NCBI RefSeq assembly: GCF_009914755.1 | Contig: NC_060931.1 | Reading direction: 5' to 3' (one strand) | Source of the DNA: the human T2T-CHM13v2.0 reference genome, Homo sapiens | DNA length: 64,000 nt | Shown: in pieces, positions 57,229 through 64,000 of the stretch | Numbering within the stretch: position 1 is the first letter of the stretch | How the letters are laid out: every line of letters starts with the position of its first letter | The notes under the pieces: generated by a model | What the model was told of the DNA's origin: nothing | What the model saw: only the letters and a program-made list of their open reading frames with translations | Database searches by the model: none | Made by a program: the position numbers and the translations under genes

Positions 57229-57687
57229 TGGGGGACCTCCCTTGGGAGATCAATCCCCCGTCCTTCTGCTCTTTGCTCCGTGAGAAAGATCCACCTATGA
57301 CCTCAGGTCCTCAGACCGACCAGCCCAAGAAACATCTCACCAATTTCAAATCCGGTAAGTGGCCTCTTTTTACTCTCTTCTCCAACTTCCCTCACTATCC
57401 CTCAACCTCTTTCTCCTTTCAATCTTGGCGCTACACTTCAATCTCTCCCTTCTCTTAATTTCAATTCCTTCCATTTTCTGGTAGAGACAAAAGAGACACG
57501 TTTTATCTGTGGACCCAAAACTCCGGCACCGGTCACGGACTGGGAAGGCAGCCTTCTCTTGGTGTTTAATCATTGCAGGGACACCTCTCTGATTATACAC
57601 CCACGTTTCAAGGGTGTCAGACCACGCAGGGACGCCTGCCTCAGTCCTTCACCCTTAGCGGCAAGTCCCGCTTTTCTGGGGAAGGGG

Positions 57688-58030
57688 CAAGTACCCCAAC
57701 CCCTTCTCTCCTTGTCTCTACCCCTTCCCTGCTTTTCCGGGGACAGGGTAAGTACCCCAACCCCTTCTCTCCTCATCTCTACCCCTTCTCTGCTTTTCCG
57801 GGGACAGGGCAAGTACCCCAACCCCTTCTCTCCTTGTCTCTACCCCTTCTCTGCTTGTCTCTACCCCTTCTCTGCTTTTCCGGGGACAGGGCAAGTACCC
57901 CAACCCCTTCTCTCCTTGTCTCTACCCCTTCTCTGCTTTTCCGGGGACAGGGTAAGTAGCCCAAGCCCTTCTCTCCTTGTCTCTACCCCCTTCTCTGCCT
58001 TTCCTGGGGCAGGGGCAAGTACCCCTCAAC
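57688..58030 (+). repeat. 61-bp tandem repeat (5 units plus a partial) in the HERV-H leader
   Basis: Unit YAAGTACCCCAACCCCTTCTCTCCTTGTCTCTACCCCTTCTCTGCTTTTCCGGGGACAGGG starts at 57688, 57749, 57810, 57892, 57953 and 58016. The third unit has an internal 21-bp duplication. Confidence 0.92.
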
Positions 58031-61000
58031 CCCTTCTCCTTCACCCTTAGCAGCAAGTCCCGCTTTTCTAGGGGACAAGAACCCCCAAACCCCTTCCCTC
58101 CGTGTCTCTACGCTCTCTTTTCTCTGGGTTTGCTTCCTTCAGTATGGGCAACCTTCCACCCTCCATTCCTCCTTCTTCTCCCTTAGCCTGTGTGCTCAAG
58201 AACTTAAAACCTCTTCAGCTTACACCTGACCTAAAACCTAAATGCCTTATTTTCTTCTGCAATGCCGCTTGACCCCAATACAAACTCGACAGTAGTTCCA
58301 AATAGCTGGAAAACGGCACTTTCAATTTTTCCATCCTACAAGATCTAAATAATTCTTGTCATAAAATGGGCAAATGGTCTGAGGTGCCTGACGTCCAGGC
58401 ATTCTTTTACACATCAGTCCCTTCCTAGTCTCTGTGCCCAGTGCAACTCGTCCCAAATCTTCCTTCTTTCCCTCCCGCCTGTCCCCTCAGTCCCAACCCC
58501 AAGCATCGCTGAGTCTTTCTAATCTTCCTTTTCTACAGACCCATCTGACCTCTCCCCTCCTCTCCAGCCCAAGCTAGGTCCCAATTCTTCCTCAGCCTCC
58601 GCTCCTCCACCCTGTAATCTTTTGATCGCTTCCCCTCCTCACACCTGGTCTGGCTTACAGTTTCGTTCTGTGACTAGCCCTAGTCCACCTTCCCAGCAAT
58701 TTATTCTTAAAAAGGTGGCTGGAGCCAAAGGTATAGTCAACATTAATGCTCCTTTTTCTTTATCCCAAATGAGATAGTGTTTAGGCTGTTTTTCATCAAA
58801 TATAAAAACCCAGCCCAGTTCATTGCTCGTTTGGCAGCAACCCTGAGACTCTTTACAGCCCTAGACCCTAAAAGGTCAAAAGGCCGTCTTATTCTCAAAA
58901 TACATTTTATTACCCAATCTGCTCCCGACATTAAATAAAACTCCAAAAATTAAATTCCGGCCCTCAAACCCCACAACAGGATTTAATTAACCTCGCCTTC
59001 AAGGTGTACAATAATAGAAAAAAGTTGCAATTCCTTGCCTCCACTGTGAGACAAACCCCAGCCACATCTCCAGCACACAAGAACTTCCAAACGCCTGAAC
59101 CGCAGCAGCCAGGCGTTCCTCCAGAACCTCCTCCCCCAGGAGCTTGCTACAAGTGCCAGAAATCTATCTGACCACCAGGCCAAGGAATGCCTGCAGCCCA
59201 GGATTCCTCCTAAGCCGTGTCCCATCTTTGCGGGACCCCACTGGAAATCGGACTGTTCAACTCACCTGGCAGACACTCCCAGAGCCCCTGGAACTCTGGC
59301 CCAAGGCTTTCTGACCGACTCCTTCTCGGCTTAGTGGCTGAAGACTGATGCTGCCCGATTGCCTCGGAAGCCCCGTAGACCATCACGGACACCGAGCTTT
59401 GGGTAACTCTCACAGTGGAAGGTAAGTCCGTCCCCTTCTTAATCAATACGGAGGCTACCCACTCCACATTACCTTCTTTTCAAGGGCCTGTTTCCCTTGC
59501 CTCCATAACTGTTGTGGGTATTGATGGCCAGGCTTCTAAACCTCTTAAAACTCCCCAACTCTGGTGCCAACTTAGACAGTACTCTTTTAAGCACTCCTTT
59601 TTAGTTATCCCCACCTGCCCAGTTCCCTTATTAGGCTGAGACACTTTAACTAAATTATCTGCTTCCCTGACTATTCCTGGACTACAGCTATATCTCATTG
59701 CCGCCCTTCTTTCCAATCCAAAGCCTCCTTTGCGTCCTCCTCTTGTATCCCCCCACCTTAACCCACAAGTATAAGATACCTCTACTCCCTCCTTGGCGAC
59801 CGATCATGTACCCCTTACCATCTCATTAAAACCTAATCACCCTTACCCCACTCAACGCCAATATCCCATCCCGCAGCACGCTTTAAAAAGATTAAAGCCT
59901 GCTACAGCATGGCCTTTTAAAGCCTATAAACTCTCCTTACAATTCCCCCATTTTACCTGTCCTAAAACCAGACAAGCCTTACAAGTTAGTTCAGGATCTG
60001 TGCCTTATCAACCAAATTGTTTTGCCTAGCCACTCCATGGTGCCAAACCTATATACTCTCCTATCCTCAATACCTGCCTCTACAACCCATTATTCTGTTC
60101 TAGATCTCAAACATGCTTTCTTTACTATTCCTTTGCACCCTTAATCCCAGCCTCTCTTCGCTTTCACTTGGACTGACCCTGACACCCATCAAGCTCAGCA
60201 AATTACCTAGGCTGTACTGCCACAAAGCTTCACAGACAGCCCCCATTACTTCAATCAAGCCCAAATTTCTTCCTCATCTGTTACCTATCTCGACATAATT
60301 CTCATAAAAACACATGTGCTCTCCCTGCCAATTGGGTCCGACTGATCTCTCAAACTCAAGCACCTTCTACAAAACAACAACTCCTTTCCTTCCTAGGCAT
60401 GGTTAGCATGGTCAGAATTCTTACACAAGAGCCAGGACCACACCCTGTAGCCTTTCTGTCCAAACAACTTGACCTTACTGTTTTAGCCTAGCCCTCATGT
60501 CTGCATGCAGTGGCTGCCACTGCTTTAATACTTTTAGAGGCCCTCAAAATCACAAACTATGCTCAACTCACTCTCTACAGTTCTCATAACTTCCAAAATC
60601 TATTTTCTTCCTCATACCTGACGCATATGCTTTCTGCTTCCCGGCTCCTTCAGGTATACTCACTCTTTGTTGAGTCTCCCACAATTACCGTTGTTCCTGG
60701 CCCAGACTTCAATCCGGCCTCTCACATTATTCCTGATACCACACCTGACCCCCATTACTGTATCTCTCTGATCCACCTGACATTCACCCCATTTCCCCAA
60801 ATTTCCTTCTTTCCTGTTCCTCACCCTGATCACGCTTGATTTATTGATGGCGGTTCCACCAGGCCTAATCACCACACACCAGCAAAGGCAGGTTATGCTA
60901 TAGTACAAGCCACTAACTCGCCTCTTAGAACCTCTCATTTCCTTTCCATTGTGGAAATCTATCCTCAAGGAAATAACTTCTCAGTGTTCCATCTGCTATT

Positions 61001-62161
61001 CTACTACTCCTCAGGGATTATTCAGGCCCCCCTCCCTTCCCTACACATCAAGCTCGAGGATTTGCCCCGCCCAGGACTGGCAAATTAGCTTTACTCAACA
61101 TGCCCTGAGTCAGATAACTAAAATACCTCTTAGTCTAGGTAGACACTTTCACTGGATAGGTAGAGGCCTTTCCTATAGGGTCTGAGAAGGCCACCGCAGT
61201 CATTTCTTCCCTTCTGTCAGACATAATTCCTCAGTTTAGCCTTCCCACCTCAATACAGTCTGATAACAGGTGAGCCTTTATTAGTAAAATCAGCCAAGCA
61301 GTTTTTCAGGCTCTTAGTATTCAGTGAAACCTTTATATCCCTTATGGTCCTCCGTCTTCAAGAAAAGTAGAATGGACTAAAGGTCTTTTAAAAACACACC
61401 TCACCAAGCTCAGCCACCAACTTAAAAAGGACTGGACAATACTTTTACCACTTTCCCTTCTCAGAATTCAGGCCTGTCTTTGGAATGCTACAGGGTACAG
61501 CCCATTTAAGCTCCTGTATAGACGCTCCTTTTTATTAGGCCCCAGTCTCATTCCAGACACCAGACCAACTTAGACTGTGCCCAAAAAAACTTGTCATCCC
61601 TACTATCTTCAGTCTAGTCATACTCCTATTCACCGTTCTCAACTACTCATACATGCCCTGCTCTTGTTTACACTGCCGGTTTACACTGTTTTTCCAAGCC
61701 ATCACAGCTGATATCTCCTGGCGCTATCCCCAAACTGCCACTCTTAACTCTTGAAGTAAATAAATAATCTTTGCTGGCAGGACTATGCTGAATCTCCTTA
61801 GGCACTCTCTAATCAGATATCCTGAGTCGTCCCAATTCTTAGACCTTTTATACCTGTTTTTCTCCTTCTGTTATTCCATTTAGTTTCTCAATTCATCCAA
61901 AACCGTATCCAGGCCATCACCAATCATTCTATATGATAAATGTTTCTTCTAACAATCCCACAATATCACCCCTTGCCACAAGACCTCCCTTCAGCTTAAT
62001 CTCTCCCACTCTAGGTTCCCATGCCGCCCCTAATCCTGCTTGAAGCAGCCCTTGGAAATATCACCCATTCTCTCTCCATACCACCCCCCAAAAATTTTCG
62101 CCGCCCCAACACTTCAACACTATTTTGTTTTACTTGTCTTATTAATATAAGAAGGCAGGAA

Positions 62162-62600
62162 TGTCAGGCCTCTGAGCCCAGGCCAGGCCATCGCATCCCC
62201 TGTGACTTGCATGTATACATCCAGATGGCCTAAAGTAACTGAAGATCCACAAAGAAGTAAAAACAGCCTTAACTGATGACATTCCACCATTGTGATTTGT
62301 TCCTGCCCCACCCTAACTGATCAATGTACTTTGTAATCTCCCCCACCCTTAAGAAGGTTCTTTGTAATTCTCCCCACCCTTGAGAATGTACTTTGTGAGA
62401 TCCACCCCTGCCCACCAGAGAACAACCGCCTTTGACTGTAATTTTCCATTACCTTCCCAAATCCTATAAAAGGGCCCCATCCCTATCTCCCTTCCTGACT
62501 CTCTTTTTGGACTCAGCCCGCCTGCACCCAGGTGAAATAAACAGCCATATTGCTCACACAAAGCCTGTTTGGTGGTCTCTTCACACGGACGCGCATGAAA
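62162..62600 (+). promoter_or_regulatory. HERV-H 3' LTR (polyadenylation signal, possible downstream-facing promoter)
   Basis: Near-identical to the 5' LTR, with AATAAA at 62536-62541 and the TATA box retained. Confidence 0.85.
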
Positions 62601-64000
62601 GATACCATCTCACACCAGTTAGAATAGAGATCATTAAAGAGTCAGGAAACAACAGATGCTGGAGAGGATGTGGAGAAATAGGAATGCTTTTACAGTGTTG
62701 GTGGGAATGTAAATTAGTTCAACCATTGCGGAAGACAGTGTGGCAATTCCTTCAAGGATCTAGAACCAGAAATACCATTTGACCCAGCAATCCCATTACT
62801 GGGTATATACCTAAAGGATTATAAATCATTCTACTGTTAAGACACATGCATGCACACGTATGTTTTTTGCTGCACTGTTCACAATAGCAAAGACTTGGAA
62901 CCAACCCAAATGCCCATCAATGATAGACTGGATAAAGAAAATGTGGCACATATACACTATGAAGTACTATGCAGCCATAAGAAAAGGATGAGTTCATGTC
63001 CTTTGCAGGGACATGGATGAAGCTGGAAACCATCATTCTCAGCAAACTAACACAAGAACAGAAAATCAAACACTGCATGTTCTCATTCATAAGTGGGAAT
63101 TGAACAATGAGACACATGGACACAGGGAGGGGAACATCATACACCAGGGGGTATGTCATGGGGGTTTGGGGGTTAGGGGAGGGATAGCATTAGGAGAAAT
63201 ACCCAATGTAGATGATGGGTTGATGGGTGCAGCAAACTACCCTGGCACGTGTATACCTATGTAACAAACCTGCCCATTCTGCACACGTATCCCAGAACTT
63301 AAAGTATAATTTTAAAAAAGATGTTTTATAATCTAATTGGTGACTGACAACTAAGGTACGTTAGACCATTAGCAAAAGTAAATTAAGTGATAAGTATTAT
63401 GGTAGGGACCTCAGGTAATATAGGAATTGGGCAGAGAGAGACGTTAACATGGTTAACTCCAAAAGTGGTATGACCTAGAAAATGGGTAGATAGGTTTGAG
63501 TAAGTGGAAGGAGAGAAAAGAAATTTCTAGGCATAGACGCAGTGTTTCTCAAGAAACTGAAAGACAAATATGCAGGTCCTGCTTATGGAAAAGGGAAGAC
63601 AGAAGGTGTCTTGCTTAGGAAGAATGAGTACAAGGATATAGAGTGAATTTAATCAGAAATGACAGTTATGGACAAATCCTGAATAAAGGATTTTAGAAGT
63701 CAAACCAAAGGGTTTAAAACTGATATAGGAGTAAATAAATTATTAAAGATTTTAGGGAGGAAAGTGAAAATATTAAGGTCAAGTTTAAATGTGAACAATG
63801 AGATATAAGTAAACACCAAATGGCATTTGTTGCTTGGCCAGACTTAAAAGCCTCCATTTCAACTTGCTCCCACTAATAATGAGGACAGTAACCAAAGGTT
63901 AGACATTCGAAAAATGACCTTGGATACAAAAGCAGTGTCAGCAATTGTTTACTTTTGACAGGCATTTGTTGACTGAAAGACATTTATGACATGACGTTAA

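Larger units (their letters stand above)
56769..62600 (+). mobile_element. HERV-H provirus, common deleted ~5.8 kb form with two LTR7-family LTRs
   Basis: LTRs at 56769-57208 and 62162-62600, perfect TSD GATAC (56764-56768, 62601-62605), His-tRNA PBS and PPT (ataagaaggcaggaa at 62147-62161). Broken gag zinc-knuckle region near 59140-59260, protease VEGKSVPFLINTEATH (DTG replaced by NTE), pol fragments, and env largely absent. Confidence 0.96.
56126..63317 (+). mobile_element. 5'-truncated L1PA7-like element (56126-56768 and 62601-63317) split by HERV-H
   Basis: ORF2 C-terminal homology (ORF 56082..56546, [19 protein letters not shown]) continues in register after the provirus. TSD AAGACGTTTTAT (56114-56125) and AAGATGTTTTAT (63318-63329). 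Confidence 0.92.

Noticed and set aside
57559-58050. Repetitive ORFs and regular spacing suggesting a CRISPR-like array or repeat protein
   Set aside because: The units are contiguous near-identical tandem copies with no unique spacers, inside a HERV-H leader in a primate genome.
58300-62100. HERV-H gag/pro/pol/env as coding genes
   Set aside because: They contain multiple stops and frameshifts, the protease active site reads NTE instead of DTG, and pol and env carry large deletions.
63318-64000. WNT16 first exon or promoter at the right edge
   Set aside because: No CpG island, Wnt-like coding sequence or recognisable exon is present. The stretch looks like decayed L2 and unique DNA, so WNT16 is not annotated in this window.

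Overview
This is AT-rich, repeat-dense mammalian DNA, clearly primate and most likely human (it carries Alu, L1PA, THE1 and HERV-H elements). It is not microbial, so nearly all entries in the ORF track are noise or retroelement debris. The only cellular gene I can support is the 3' end of CPED1 (C7orf58) on the + strand. Five GT-AG exons (7618-7838, 8098-8199, 8606-8693, 12675-12821, 36829-37041) splice in frame to 256 codons plus a stop and encode the SGNH-like PC-esterase domain. A ~24 kb last intron and a ~1.5-1.8 kb 3' UTR belong to the same gene. The rest is intronic or intergenic; from recalled gene order, WNT16 should follow beyond the right edge on the same strand. Major repeats are a full THE1 provirus, an internally deleted full-length L1PA7-like element, nested MaLR/Alu stacks, and a 5.8 kb two-LTR HERV-H (LTR7Y-like) inside an L1. 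I see no evidence for a wholly new multi-gene system. The best leads are: (1) the young sense-oriented HERV-H, whose expanded 61-bp leader repeat has gained GTAAGT donors; (2) an unidentified TSD-flanked, A-tailed ~300-bp retrocopy in the CPED1 last intron; (3) the ambiguous catalytic His motif of CPED1 (CGCH versus DGVH); (4) an Alu with twin-priming-type 5' inversion. Coordinates were read by eye and repeat subfamily names are from memory of consensus sequences, so they need RepeatMasker/Dfam confirmation.
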